Numbered from the stretch's first letter, positions 38,929 to 49,504 are shown. The stretch: DNA of 64,000 nucleotides from Oceanispirochaeta sp. (GCA_963663385.2 CAXXXD010000002.1:608001-672000); one strand, 5' to 3'. The notes: a model not told the origin generated them from the sequence alone. Numbers and translations are program-made.

Positions 38929-40137
38929 ATGAATCAGGATCAGGTCTCTCCGCTTATCTATTTTATGATAGGCTGTTTTTCTTTGAATTCCCTTTATCAC
39001 TACAGTCTGTTTCTGTTCTATAAGAAAAACTTCCCGGCCCTCTATTTCGCCTTTATCAATACGGTAGCACTGGCCTTCAATCTGCTTCACCTTTTTCAGT
39101 CTGTCTACGATCAGAAAATCGGTTCGCTTATTTTTATTCTGAATCCCCTGTTTTTTCTTCTCTTTCTCAATTCTTTGTTTCAGGATGAATTCAATATAAC
39201 CATTAACAGGATCTATAAAGCTGTTTCGGTTCTGCTGTTTGTTACAATTCTGGTTTTTCCCAACAGTTTATACCTGAGTGTATTCATATATTTCAATAAG
39301 GTTGTAATGGCGCTGATGCTTTTTGATATAGTCTATATTCTTCAGGCTCTGGTCAGGGCTGTCCTCAAAAGAAGGGAGGACGCTCCGGCCATTATGACCG
39401 GGATGGCCGTTATGGCTCTGCTGAGTATATCCCGCTATCTTTTCAGGGACAGTTTTGTCCGCATCCCCAATCCTGTAGGGGCTCTGTTTCTGATGTTTTT
39501 TTATTCACTCACCCTGGCGAAACGCTTTTCTGACTCCTATTACAGAAGAGAGGAACTGATTCAGCAGAAAACTGCCGCATTAAACAGTATGAATGCCCGG
39601 CTCAATGAACTGGCTATACGGGATCCTTTAACCAATCTCTATAACCGCCGCTACTTTTTCGAATATGCGGATCATATCTTTGATCAGTTTAAAAGATCGG
39701 GAACGGAATTTTCACTTGTAATTTTTGATATTGACAATTTTAAAAGGATTAATGACAGTTACGGACACCTGACCGGGGACCATATCCTGAAAAATCTGGC
39801 GAAACTGATGGATGAAACATTGCGCAGGGCCGATATTTCCGCCCGCTTCGGAGGGGAGGAGTTTGTCCTCCTTTTTTGTGACACCGGTCTGTCGGATGCA
39901 GTAAAGGTGTCTGAGAAAATCCGGAAGAGAATTGCCGGTATGGAATTCTCTGCTGAAGATGAGCGGACCTTCGCTATAACAGCCAGTTTCGGGATTGCCT
40001 CCTCTCAACCCGAAAAAAAGGATTTTCTCAGTATTGTCCATGATGCCGATACCGCTCTCTATCATTCCAAGGCGAACGGAAGGAACTGCACCTCTTTTAC
40101 AGACCGGGACGGGCAGCTGAACAGGATAGAATACTGA
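38929..40137 (+). CDS. Multi-TM diguanylate cyclase
   Basis: About 7 hydrophobic segments (7TM-DISM-like), RDPLTNLYNRR, DIDNFKRINDSYGH, RRAD I-site, GGEEF. Confidence 0.92.
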   Translation: MNQDQVSPLIYFMIGCFSLNSLYHYSLFLFYKKNFPALYFAFINTVALAFNLLHLFQSVYDQKIGSLIFILNPLFFLLFLNSLFQDEFNITINRIYKAVSVLLFVTILVFPNSLYLSVFIYFNKVVMALMLFDIVYILQALVRAVLKRREDAPAIMTGMAVMALLSISRYLFRDSFVRIPNPVGALFLMFFYSLTLAKRFSDSYYRREELIQQKTAALNSMNARLNELAIRDPLTNLYNRRYFFEYADHIFDQFKRSGTEFSLVIFDIDNFKRINDSYGHLTGDHILKNLAKLMDETLRRADISARFGGEEFVLLFCDTGLSDAVKVSEKIRKRIAGMEFSAEDERTFAITASFGIASSQPEKKDFLSIVHDADTALYHSKANGRNCTSFTDRDGQLNRIEY

Positions 40138-40230
40138 ATTCAAAATCAAAAAGAACAATAATCCTCCTCCTGTTTGTTTAATAACAAAGTACCGGGATAT
40201 AAAAGAACCCGGAATAACAGGCAGGATAAA

Positions 40231-41286
40231 ATGAAAAAAAATAAAACGATTTGTATCATTCTTATGGTAATGGCCGGGGTTACTGTTCAGGTAAGCGCTG
40301 TAGAGGCGGAAAAAAGCCGGGCCGGACAGATTACGTTCTTCTATCCCATGGGGAGCAGCGGGGCTCAATCCATGGAATACTCAAACTGTTTCTCCCTGAA
40401 TATGGTATACGGTATGAACGGCGGTGTGGATGCCTTTGAGCTGGGCGGCGTGGGAAACTTCAACACCCATAATGTCAGCGGGACTCAGATTGCCGGTGTA
40501 TCCAATATAAACATGGAGGAGACAAAGGGATTCCAGATTGCGGGAGTGACCAATACAAACTTCGGGGATTCCACAGGGCTGATCTGGTCGGGGACTCTAA
40601 ACAGCGTCTTTGGAAATACCAGAGGTGTCATGATTTCCAATATTAATGTGACAACCGGCGAGATGAAGGGGCTGCAAGTCGGTACCCTGAACTATGCGGC
40701 CCGGTCGAAGGGCGTACAGCTGGGCGTTATTAATGTGGCGGCGGAAGGGGCCGACTCCCTTCCCATCGGTATCATCAGTGTCGTCAAGGACGGGTATTTC
40801 GCCATGGAAACGTCAATTGGTGATACCCTCTACGGAAACCTCAGCTACAAGATGGGGGTGGAGCTTTTTTATACCATCTTCAGTATCGGTGGATCCGTAC
40901 TGGACGGAGAGTCTCTGCTGGAAGGGGATTTTCCTGAGGATCAGGATTATATCTTCTCCCACGGTCTTGGATGGGGATCACTGATTTCTCTGGGCGGCCG
41001 GAATGCCCTGGCCATTGAAGCTTCAAGCCATCACATTGTTCATGAATGGAGCTGGGATGATGATATTAATCTCCTGAACAAGGTCAATATGAACTGCCAT
41101 ATTGGTCTGGGAGAGCATATATCCTTTTTTGCAGGTCCCTCTTTCAATGTGTACGTAACGGATGAGAAGATTGACGGAGAATACGGCACCCTTCCTGTTC
41201 CCTATACCTGTTTTGAAAAAGTATATGATGATATTCAGGTATCCATGTGGGTCGGAGGGAATGCCGGAATCACCTACAGGTTTTAA
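40231..41286 (+). CDS. Exported protein with LA_2272-like G-x-Q-x-G-x-x-N repeats and a probable C-terminal beta-barrel
   Basis: Repeats GTQIAGVSN, GFQIAGVTN, GLQVGTLN, GVQLGVIN; ends AGITYRF; signal peptide from ATG 40231. Confidence 0.7.
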   Translation: MKKNKTICIILMVMAGVTVQVSAVEAEKSRAGQITFFYPMGSSGAQSMEYSNCFSLNMVYGMNGGVDAFELGGVGNFNTHNVSGTQIAGVSNINMEETKGFQIAGVTNTNFGDSTGLIWSGTLNSVFGNTRGVMISNINVTTGEMKGLQVGTLNYAARSKGVQLGVINVAAEGADSLPIGIISVVKDGYFAMETSIGDTLYGNLSYKMGVELFYTIFSIGGSVLDGESLLEGDFPEDQDYIFSHGLGWGSLISLGGRNALAIEASSHHIVHEWSWDDDINLLNKVNMNCHIGLGEHISFFAGPSFNVYVTDEKIDGEYGTLPVPYTCFEKVYDDIQVSMWVGGNAGITYRF

Positions 41287-41294
41287 TAGCTTCA

Positions 41295-41331
41295 ATCCGG
41301 GTTCTATCTGTGTTAAATATAGAACCCGGAT
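41295..41331. terminator. Intrinsic terminator between convergent genes
   Basis: 13-bp stem ATCCGGGTTCTAT / ATAGAACCCGGAT followed by ACTTTTCTTTT. Confidence 0.8.
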
Positions 41332-41340
41332 ACTTTTCTT

Positions 41341-43080
41341 TTAAACGCAGATCTTTGCGGACTGGGCATCCAGCATACCGGCAAACACACCATTCCTGCT
41401 GCGAAGATCATCCGCCGTTCCCTCTTCGGCCACCATACCATCTTTCAGGACGACAATATGATCGGCATGACTGATTGTCCGCATCCGGTGGGCAATAATC
41501 AGAAGGGTTTTGTTTTTTACAAGGGCGGATATCCCTTCCTGAATCTTGGTTTCATTCTCCACATCAATACTGGCGGTGGCTTCATCCAGCAGAACAATAG
41601 GGGCGTCTTTTAAGAGAGCCCGGGCAATCGATACCCGCTGCCTCTCTCCTCCGGAGAGGGTTTCGCCATTTTCTCCGATAATTGTATTGTATCCTTCGGG
41701 CATCCTTTCGATAAAATCATGACAGCGGGCTGCCCTGGCGGCTTCTATTACCTCTTCTTGGGTAGCGTCTTTTTTCCCGATGCGGATGTTATCGGCAATA
41801 CTCGCATTAAATAGAACAACATCCTGAAATACTACCGAGTAGTACTGCAGCAGGGCCTCGGGGTCGATTCTGGAAATATCCTCTCCGCCAAGGAGAATCC
41901 TGCCCCTGTCTATATCCCAGAAACGGGCGGCCAGTTTGGCCGATGTGCTTTTGCCTCCGCCGGAAGGACCGACAAGAGCTGTCACTTCTCCCTGTCGTGC
42001 TGTAAATGATACATCTTTTAGAACCTGTTTCCCCGATTCATAGGAAAAATCGACATTTTGAAATTCTATATTGAAATCCCTGGGGATAAATCCGGTAAAT
42101 CCCTGCTGAACGGGAAGTGCTTCCATTTCCTTCATTCGGTTAATGCGGACATCCAGAAAAACAAGAACCGCCATATTGCTGAATACCTCCATTACCGGAT
42201 TGTAGATGCTGGAGGAGATCATTAGAAAAATCAGATAGGTAAAGAGATCGATCATCCCCTGTTCCAATAAGAGAACTCCGGCTACAGCTACGGATGCCAG
42301 GCCGAGTTTCAGAATTATATAGGATAGGTTAATCAGAACGCCGACCAGAAGTTCTCCCTTAATCTGATCCTGTTCATACCCTTTTAGATTTTCGTCCAGC
42401 CTGCGTACGTAGGCTTCCTCCTGATTGTAGGCTTTTATCTCCTGAATGGTTTCAAGCCCCTCCTGGATCTGTTCGGTCACCCCTCTTTTTATTTGATAGT
42501 GTCCGCTGTGAGCCCTCCCCATAGCCCTCCGGGAGAGTAGAATAACCGCCGCCGCCAAAGGGACCACCCAGAACAGGGCAATCGACATCTGCCAGTTAAA
42601 GAAGAATAGTCCCAGGGCTATGACACCCAGACTGAGAAGGGACGCATAGAGCTGTGGAACAGAATGGGAGAATATTTGTTCCAGAGCGGTACAGTCATCC
42701 ATGATGGTAGAGGTTAAATCGGACAGATTCTTCTCTCCGAAAAAAGCCAGTGGCAGTTTCCGGAGTTTTTCAGCAAGTTCGACGCGGCGCCGGGCGCTTT
42801 CGTTATAGGTCACCGTATAGGTGCTGCGATACTGGAATCTGGCGATAACGTACATAAGAACCATCAGGGCAACACCTGTTAGCAGGTAGAAAGAGAATCC
42901 CCGGTCCGAAAAGGCGGTCCCATTCAGAACGGGCTGCAGATAATCCTGAAGGAAATAATAGACGAGTATAGGGGGAAACATAAGAGAAATAAAATGAAGA
43001 AAGGTAAAGAACACTCCTTTGGAAAAATCCTTTGCCCCTTTCTCTGACATGGCGAAACGGTCCTGAAAAAACTTAAGCAT
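41341..43080 (-). CDS. ABC transporter fused permease/ATPase (YbtQ/IrtB-like half)
   Basis: TMD then GPSGGGKST, LSGGERQR, LLDEATAS, IIAHR. Confidence 0.9.
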   Translation of the reverse strand: MLKFFQDRFAMSEKGAKDFSKGVFFTFLHFISLMFPPILVYYFLQDYLQPVLNGTAFSDRGFSFYLLTGVALMVLMYVIARFQYRSTYTVTYNESARRRVELAEKLRKLPLAFFGEKNLSDLTSTIMDDCTALEQIFSHSVPQLYASLLSLGVIALGLFFFNWQMSIALFWVVPLAAAVILLSRRAMGRAHSGHYQIKRGVTEQIQEGLETIQEIKAYNQEEAYVRRLDENLKGYEQDQIKGELLVGVLINLSYIILKLGLASVAVAGVLLLEQGMIDLFTYLIFLMISSSIYNPVMEVFSNMAVLVFLDVRINRMKEMEALPVQQGFTGFIPRDFNIEFQNVDFSYESGKQVLKDVSFTARQGEVTALVGPSGGGKSTSAKLAARFWDIDRGRILLGGEDISRIDPEALLQYYSVVFQDVVLFNASIADNIRIGKKDATQEEVIEAARAARCHDFIERMPEGYNTIIGENGETLSGGERQRVSIARALLKDAPIVLLDEATASIDVENETKIQEGISALVKNKTLLIIAHRMRTISHADHIVVLKDGMVAEEGTADDLRSRNGVFAGMLDAQSAKICV

Positions 43081-44854
43081 AACTCACCTCCGATTCAATG
43101 GTCCATTCAACAGCCTGCTGATACTCATTCCACATGCGATTGTACATACCGTCCATAGCCATCAGTTCTCCGTGGGAACCGGCTTCAGCAATCTTTCCTT
43201 CATTAATCACAAGGATTTTATCCACATCCTGAACAGTGGTCAGGCGGTGCACAATCATAAGAACCGTCTTTCCTTTTGTCAGCTCGCGCAGAGCCTTCTG
43301 GATTAGATGTTCGTTTTCCGGATCAGCGAAAGCGGTGGCTTCATCGAGAACGACAATGGGCGCATTCTTGAGAAAAGCCCTTGCCAGGGCAATCCGCTGC
43401 TGTTCTCCTCCGGAAAGGTAGGTCCCGTCCGCACCTATCTTTGTATTAAGCCCATCGGGCAGCCTGTCGATGATCTCGCGGCACTGGGCGAGCTCAAGGG
43501 CCCGCTCAACCTCATCTATAGACGCTTCGGCATTTCCATATCTTATATTTTCAAGAAGGCTTGTTTTAAAAAGCCTTGTATTCTGAAACACAAAGGAAAC
43601 ATTATTCATTAGATCGTCTTTTGAAATATCTCTTACATCGGTTTCGCCTATGGTGACGCTGCCGCTCTGGACATCCCAGAACCGGGGGATCAGCCTGGCT
43701 ATGGTCGTCTTACCGCCCCCCGAGGCTCCTACAAGGGCAAAGGTCCGTCCCTGGGGAATTGTAAAGCTGACTCCATCAACCGCATTCTGTTCGGTTCCCG
43801 GATACTTGAAAAGGACGTTATTGAAAGAAACATCATAGTTTTTTATGGCAGCAGAATGCTCCGGATAGGAAAAAGCCGTAACATCCGTCAGGTTCTCAAT
43901 CCGTGTTATGGCTTCACCGGCAAGAAAGAGATTCTGACTGATATGCATGCTCTTCATGATATTGACCGATAGTATAGGAGTCAGAAGAACATAGAGAAAC
44001 ATATCCACGATAACCTGGGAAGAACCGCCGGTTCTCCGGATCAGCAGAATCGCCATGGGAATGAGAAAGAAGGCGAAACAATGGACGATCACCCCGTAGA
44101 AAGAGTAGGGCTTCTCCCAGCTGTCTGTATACTTTTTTACCAGATCATTGTACTTCCGGATACTGTCGTGAAAGCGTTTAAAAGAGAAGATCGTCTGCTG
44201 AAAGACCTTCACTACCGGAATACCACGGACGTATTCGACAGCCTCCATACTCATATTCTCTTGTGCATCCATATAGAGCTTCTGGAATTTCATGGAGCCT
44301 GTTGTCATCATGGTTCCCATGGTTCCGAAAGCCAGAACAAGAGGTATCAGACAGGCCAGCCCCAGTCGCCAGTCAAAAATAAAGATCATGGCAACGGTCG
44401 TCAGAGGCATGACGATGGTTCCGGCTAAATCGGGTAGCTGATGAGCCAGGAAGGTATGGGTTGTTGAGCTGTCATCATCAATGATCTTTCTGATGCGCCC
44501 GCTGGTATTGTTATCGAAGAAACCGAGAGGCAGATGAACAATCTTCTTCATGGCCTCCCGGCGGATATTCCCTTCTACCCTGAAGGCCGCCAGGTGGGAA
44601 CTCATCAAAGCTATAAAGTAGAGGACAACGCTTAAAACAGCCGTTCCACCGGCCCACCAGGCATAACTTGCAACGGCGGTTCCCGCGATGCGGCCGGAAT
44701 TCGTCAGAAGTGCACGTACGATAAGCCAGATAAATATGTAAGGCATCATCCCCGCCGCCGCCGACAGGGCTGAAGTAATCAGAGACAGGGGCAGCAGGGC
44801 CCTTCGGCCTCCCATATACTTCTCCAGCCTTTTCAATACAGAATCTTTTTTCAT
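43073..44854 (-). CDS. ABC transporter fused permease/ATPase (YbtP/IrtA-like half)
   Basis: SHLAAFRV, FLAHQLPD, VEYVRGIPVVK, GASGGGKTT, LSGGEQQR, LDEATAFADPENE. Confidence 0.9.
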   Translation of the reverse strand: MKKDSVLKRLEKYMGGRRALLPLSLITSALSAAAGMMPYIFIWLIVRALLTNSGRIAGTAVASYAWWAGGTAVLSVVLYFIALMSSHLAAFRVEGNIRREAMKKIVHLPLGFFDNNTSGRIRKIIDDDSSTTHTFLAHQLPDLAGTIVMPLTTVAMIFIFDWRLGLACLIPLVLAFGTMGTMMTTGSMKFQKLYMDAQENMSMEAVEYVRGIPVVKVFQQTIFSFKRFHDSIRKYNDLVKKYTDSWEKPYSFYGVIVHCFAFFLIPMAILLIRRTGGSSQVIVDMFLYVLLTPILSVNIMKSMHISQNLFLAGEAITRIENLTDVTAFSYPEHSAAIKNYDVSFNNVLFKYPGTEQNAVDGVSFTIPQGRTFALVGASGGGKTTIARLIPRFWDVQSGSVTIGETDVRDISKDDLMNNVSFVFQNTRLFKTSLLENIRYGNAEASIDEVERALELAQCREIIDRLPDGLNTKIGADGTYLSGGEQQRIALARAFLKNAPIVVLDEATAFADPENEHLIQKALRELTKGKTVLMIVHRLTTVQDVDKILVINEGKIAEAGSHGELMAMDGMYNRMWNEYQQAVEWTIESEVSYA

Positions 44855-44881
44855 TAACTTTTCTCCTCAAAGTTTTTATTT

Positions 44882-46264
44882 TTATGCCGAGACCTGTTCT
44901 GTCTGCATTCTGTTTACTTCTCCCCGCCGGAGTTTTCTGAACTCCGCTGTAACCATGGTGAAAACCCATAAAACGATTATCAGGTCGATACAGAAGGAGC
45001 CCTTGTATACCCAGTCAACACCGAAAAAACGCGGCAGGGTCAGCATGACCGGTACATAGAAGACCAGTTGTCTGGCAATGCCCATAATCGAAGCGGGTTT
45101 ACCGTTGTTTATGGCAGGGAAGAAGGTCATGGCCATAAAAATGATGGGAAGAACCGGAAGCAGGGCCATGAATATACGGAAATTGGACAGATCGGATGAC
45201 AGAAATTCTTTGGCCGGCAGCATTATATGCAGTACCAGTTGGGGATCTATCATCATAACAGCCCAGAATGGAGACATCAGAATGGTCGCCGCCACACCGA
45301 AAATCCTGAAGCTGCTGATAACACGGTCGTATTTTTCGGCGCCGAAATTAATTCCAACCGCCGGCTGCAGCGCCCGCATAAGGCCGAATATCGGGGTCAG
45401 CATAAACATAAACAGGCGGTAAGCTATCCCGTAAAAGGCAATATCTGCGGTCGTTCCGTAGCGGCTCAATGCATTGAGCACAACGACTCCCTGTATCAGG
45501 GTCATAAAGGTCATAATCAGGGAGGGAATACCGTTGGACATGATCACTTTCATAATTTCCCTGTCCCTTGAGATTGTAAAAGGTCTGGCGTCAAATGAAA
45601 TCCGTTTGCCCGAGGCATAGACGTAAAAGACGATTGTGTAGACCAGCATCCCCATATTGGTTCCCCAGGCGGCGCCCTTCACGCCAAAGCCCAGAATAAC
45701 TATCAGGATGTAATTGGCTATTATGTTCACCACAAGGCCCACGGCCATCATAATAGCCGCCGATCCCATCTTTCCTTCGGAGCGGACCACCATATTCCCC
45801 GACAATCCGGCAATCCAGAATACAGCGCCGTAGAGGGTCACCTTAAAATAGTCGACTCCAAAGATAAGCTCTTCACCGGAGCCTCCCATCATACGGACAA
45901 GAGGCCGGGCCAGAAAAAGACCGGCAATGGTCAGACCGATCCCGTATACAATATTCAGATAATTCACATTGCCGATCAGTTTTTTCTGTGTGGCATGATC
46001 ATTCGCGCCCAGGGCAATACTCAAAACCGATCCGGCTCCGACCCCCACCAGCGAACCGAACCCCAGAGAAAGCTGGCTCAGGGGATAGGCCAGAGAGACA
46101 CCGGCCAGGGCTGTTTCACCTACAAAGCGTCCTACAAAAATCGCATCAAAAACAGTGTTCAATCCGTATAGAACCATGGCAATGACAGCCGGCCAGGAAA
46201 GGTTGATCATAACCTTCCAGATATTCTCTTCCAGAATCATATTCTTCTGTTTATCTCTTTCCAT
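44882..46264 (-). CDS. MATE-family efflux transporter
   Basis: DAIFVGRFVGETALAGV, VRSEG, GVKGAAWGT, QPAVGINFGA; start at ATG 46264 after GGAGG. Confidence 0.9.
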   Translation of the reverse strand: MERDKQKNMILEENIWKVMINLSWPAVIAMVLYGLNTVFDAIFVGRFVGETALAGVSLAYPLSQLSLGFGSLVGVGAGSVLSIALGANDHATQKKLIGNVNYLNIVYGIGLTIAGLFLARPLVRMMGGSGEELIFGVDYFKVTLYGAVFWIAGLSGNMVVRSEGKMGSAAIMMAVGLVVNIIANYILIVILGFGVKGAAWGTNMGMLVYTIVFYVYASGKRISFDARPFTISRDREIMKVIMSNGIPSLIMTFMTLIQGVVVLNALSRYGTTADIAFYGIAYRLFMFMLTPIFGLMRALQPAVGINFGAEKYDRVISSFRIFGVAATILMSPFWAVMMIDPQLVLHIMLPAKEFLSSDLSNFRIFMALLPVLPIIFMAMTFFPAINNGKPASIMGIARQLVFYVPVMLTLPRFFGVDWVYKGSFCIDLIIVLWVFTMVTAEFRKLRRGEVNRMQTEQVSA

Positions 46265-46294
46265 ACATCCTCCATATACGTCTTCCAACCATCT

Positions 46295-46942
46295 TCAGTT
46301 CTCTTCAAAAAGCCTGTCCCAGCCGGCGGAATAGAATTTCCAGAGCATAACCACATGATCTCCGGCTTCTTTTCTGGAAAGATCATGGACAATGGTCTCA
46401 AAAACAGCATTGAAGTATCCGTTTATCAGCAGATGAATCAGGTTGGGACTCAGGGATATCTCTTTTTTTTCCGTCCTGTTAATCATGTCTATATAACGGT
46501 AGGTATATTCGGTTTCTATCTCTACCAGAGAATCTGTAAAACCCGAATACTCCGTCCCGTCCGAACGGGAAAGGATCAGTTTGAATTCAGTAAAATTGTC
46601 ATACATATAGTCCAGCATCTCATTCAGTTTTTTCAGACTGTAATCATGCATCCAGGCCTGGTCTGTCTCATCCTCCAGGGTGAAATCCTCCTGGGCTTTG
46701 ATAAACATATCCCTCAGCTGCCGGGCGGGAGCCTCCACAAGGGTTTTGAACAGAGTCTGTTTATCCGGGAAGAGTCCGTAAAATGCGCCAGTTGTTACTC
46801 CGGCGGCTTTTGCAATTCCCCGCAGGGATGCTTCCCTGAATCCCTTTTCCATAAACTCCCTGAGCGCCGCTTCGAGTATGCGTTCTCTGGTTGTTGTTAT
46901 TTCCTGCTTCAAATCGGATCTCCTTTCCCTTCTTTCATACAT
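46295..46942 (-). CDS. TetR/AcrR-family regulator
   Basis: TRERILEAALREFMEKGFREASLRGIAKAAGVTTGAFYGLFPDK HTH. Confidence 0.92.
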   Translation of the reverse strand: MYERRERRSDLKQEITTTRERILEAALREFMEKGFREASLRGIAKAAGVTTGAFYGLFPDKQTLFKTLVEAPARQLRDMFIKAQEDFTLEDETDQAWMHDYSLKKLNEMLDYMYDNFTEFKLILSRSDGTEYSGFTDSLVEIETEYTYRYIDMINRTEKKEISLSPNLIHLLINGYFNAVFETIVHDLSRKEAGDHVVMLWKFYSAGWDRLFEEN

Positions 46943-46951
46943 TCCTGATGG

Positions 46952-48985
46952 TTAAAAAATCAGAAGACCGACCCTGTAGGCAAGACCGCCGGCTATAAGA
47001 GAGGTCACTATGTAGTACAGGGAGCTGCCGGCCGTCCATTTCCAGGACTTTGTTTCCGAATAGATTGTCGCCACCGTACCCAGGCAGGGGATGGAGAAGA
47101 AGAAGGCGAAGATAAACGCCAGGGCGGAAGCGGGGGAGACCGACTGGAGCAGGGTTCCGGTCAGGGTCGCTGCCTCATAACCTCCTTCGCCGATCATGAA
47201 ACTGGTGATGGAGTTGGCTCCCGCACCGAGTCCGTACAGTACGGCGATTACCGACATGGACGCTTCTTTGGCAATCATGGCGGCCATTAAGGCTATAAGC
47301 AGCTTCCAGTCCAGCCCCAGCAGACTGGTCACTGGGTCAAAGAAACGCCCGATGGCTGCCAGTATGGAATTCTCCATATTCCCGTCTTTCTGATAGGACA
47401 GAGCCCATATAATAAGCGATAAAAGGGTGATAAGGGTGACGGCCCGTTTGACAAAGGCCTTAGCCTGAACCCATACATGGGAAAATACGGTTTTCCAGTT
47501 GGGTTTATGATAGGGCGGCAGTTCCATGATGAGTCCCATGGCTTCTCCCGGGACAATAAACTTCCGCATTAGGACCGATGTAAAGGCAAGGTGAAACACC
47601 ATGACAACCAGCAGGGACAGAATAACAAGGGGCATGCCGCTGCCGAAGAAGATAGCTCCCATAAAACTGACCACAGACCAGAGGGCCAGGCAGGGGATTA
47701 TGGAAACCATTACCAGGGTCACCATCCTCTGTCTCCAGGAATCGATGACCCTGGTGCCCGTTACACCGGCAATATTGCAGCCGAAGCTCATAAGAAGAGG
47801 CATAAAGGATTTTCCGTGCAGTCCCACCCTGTTCATGGACCGGTCGAACAGATAAGCCAGTCGGGAGAGATAGCCCACATCTTCCAGAATCCCGAAAACC
47901 GTATAGATTCCGATGATATAGGCCAGCATGCAGACGGCTACGCTCAATCCCGGGATAAGCCCGTCCGTGACAAGGGCTATATACCAGGGCAGGCTGTCTC
48001 CAAAGATCGTACGCATCTGCTCTGCCAGAAGGGGGGCCGACCCCATGACAATACCCATTACGGGACCCGCCACAATCATGGCAGCTCCAAAAGCAATGAT
48101 CAGTATGAAGAATGCCAGAATTTTTCCAAAGAAAGGGTGAGTCGCGTATTTATCCAGGGAGCTGTCTTTTTTTTCCTTTTTCAGATCGCCGGTTCTTTTC
48201 AATACTGATGTGAGGACTTCGTTTATCCAGCTGTACCGGGCGCCAGCCATAATCAGCTGGCCGTCATCATAATCATTGAGGATCATTTCCATCCTGTTCC
48301 GATCATCCCTGTCCAGTCGTTCCCGGGCTGTCTTATAGACCTCTTCATCTCCTTCGATCAGCTTTACAATCATCCAGTTTTCCCGGTTCGGATCACCAAG
48401 CTTTCCATTCAGAAGAGACTTAAGGCTGTTGTATACATCAAACTCTGTAAAATCGGGTCCCCTGTGATTATTTCTGCCTTCCTCTACTGTTTTTTCTGCA
48501 GCAACAAGAAGTTCATCAAGTCCCCGGTTTTTTGATGCTGTCATGGGTACTACAGGAATGCCCAGCTGTTCTTCCAGCAGAGCCGTATTGATCTCTTTTC
48601 CCTGATCGGCGGCTACATCCATCATATTAAGGGCCAGGATGACAGGCGCCTGGAGCAGTTTCATTTCCGTGAGCAGGTAGAGGCTCCTTTCCAGCTGGGA
48701 CGCATCGGCCATTACAACCAGAACATCGGGTTTTTCTCCGATGATAAAGTCCCGGGCAATCCGTTCTTCCACGGAATTGGCCGATAAACTGTAGGTTCCC
48801 GGTAGATCGACAACTTCCCACTCCCTCCTGTTCCGGTTGAACCGGCCGGACTTCTGTTCTATTGTTTTTCCCGGCCAGTTTCCCACATGCTGGTGGGCCC
48901 CGGTTAATCTGTTGAATACAGTCGATTTGCCCGTATTGGGCTGTCCAGCCAGGGCAATGGTTCTGGTTTTTACTGCTGTTTTCAT
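46952..48985 (-). CDS. feoB: Ferrous iron transporter B
   Basis: G1 GQPNTGKS, G2 NWPGKT, G3 DLPG, G4 NMMD, FGCNI, MELPPYHKP; start 48985 overlaps the feoA stop. Confidence 0.95.
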   Translation of the reverse strand: MKTAVKTRTIALAGQPNTGKSTVFNRLTGAHQHVGNWPGKTIEQKSGRFNRNRREWEVVDLPGTYSLSANSVEERIARDFIIGEKPDVLVVMADASQLERSLYLLTEMKLLQAPVILALNMMDVAADQGKEINTALLEEQLGIPVVPMTASKNRGLDELLVAAEKTVEEGRNNHRGPDFTEFDVYNSLKSLLNGKLGDPNRENWMIVKLIEGDEEVYKTARERLDRDDRNRMEMILNDYDDGQLIMAGARYSWINEVLTSVLKRTGDLKKEKKDSSLDKYATHPFFGKILAFFILIIAFGAAMIVAGPVMGIVMGSAPLLAEQMRTIFGDSLPWYIALVTDGLIPGLSVAVCMLAYIIGIYTVFGILEDVGYLSRLAYLFDRSMNRVGLHGKSFMPLLMSFGCNIAGVTGTRVIDSWRQRMVTLVMVSIIPCLALWSVVSFMGAIFFGSGMPLVILSLLVVMVFHLAFTSVLMRKFIVPGEAMGLIMELPPYHKPNWKTVFSHVWVQAKAFVKRAVTLITLLSLIIWALSYQKDGNMENSILAAIGRFFDPVTSLLGLDWKLLIALMAAMIAKEASMSVIAVLYGLGAGANSITSFMIGEGGYEAATLTGTLLQSVSPASALAFIFAFFFSIPCLGTVATIYSETKSWKWTAGSSLYYIVTSLIAGGLAYRVGLLIF

Positions 48986-49212
48986 AGTTTCTGCTCCATA
49001 ACCTTTATGCATTGTGATTCCCTGCGGCCAACGGCTATCCGGCTATCCCTCAGGGATACAATAAGGGGGCCTCTCCGGTTGTTCCGGAAGATGGACAGTT
49101 TTGTTCCGGGGGTGAACCCCATGGCGGTGATGCGGCTGAGGAAATGCCTGCTCCCGTTCAGTGAATGGATAATGGCCGATTCTCCTTTTTTCAGATTACC
49201 GAGTGTGCACAT
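48982..49212 (-). CDS. feoA: FeoA (SH3-like)
   Basis: RITAMGFTPG, GPLIVSLRDSRIAVGR. Confidence 0.9.
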   Translation of the reverse strand: MCTLGNLKKGESAIIHSLNGSRHFLSRITAMGFTPGTKLSIFRNNRRGPLIVSLRDSRIAVGRRESQCIKVMEQKL

Positions 49213-49456
49213 AGCGTTCTCCTTTTCTGGTTAATATCCAAATGACTCCCGATCCCTGTGGGCATCCGGCGGAATCCCTGCATCCCGGGCATCTGGAGCA
49301 TCCGTTTTCTGTTTTCAACTGTTTCAGGTATCCAAGTCTGACAAGCTCATGGATCATATGGGATGCCAGATCCGTACTGGTATTCAATTCCGAGGCAATA
49401 TCCCGGATATTTCCGGCGTTGCCGCCGCTGATGGATTTCAGTACCCTGTCAAGCAT
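49196..49456 (-). CDS. FeoC-like winged-helix protein with Cys cluster
   Basis: IASELNTS..ELVRLGYL then CSRCPGC....CP; ATG 49456 after GAGG. Confidence 0.75.
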   Translation of the reverse strand: MLDRVLKSISGGNAGNIRDIASELNTSTDLASHMIHELVRLGYLKQLKTENGCSRCPGCRDSAGCPQGSGVIWILTRKGERYVHTR

Positions 49457-49471
49457 TTCTTCTACCTCATG

Positions 49472-49504
49472 TAACAGTGTTATATTGTTAATAATAGTTA
49501 ACAA
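49472..49504. promoter_or_regulatory. Two palindromic operator candidates upstream of the feo operon
   Basis: TAACA-G-TGTTA (49472-49482) and TTGTTAA-N6-TTAACAA (49485-49504); minus-strand TTGACA at 49519-49524. Confidence 0.5.
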
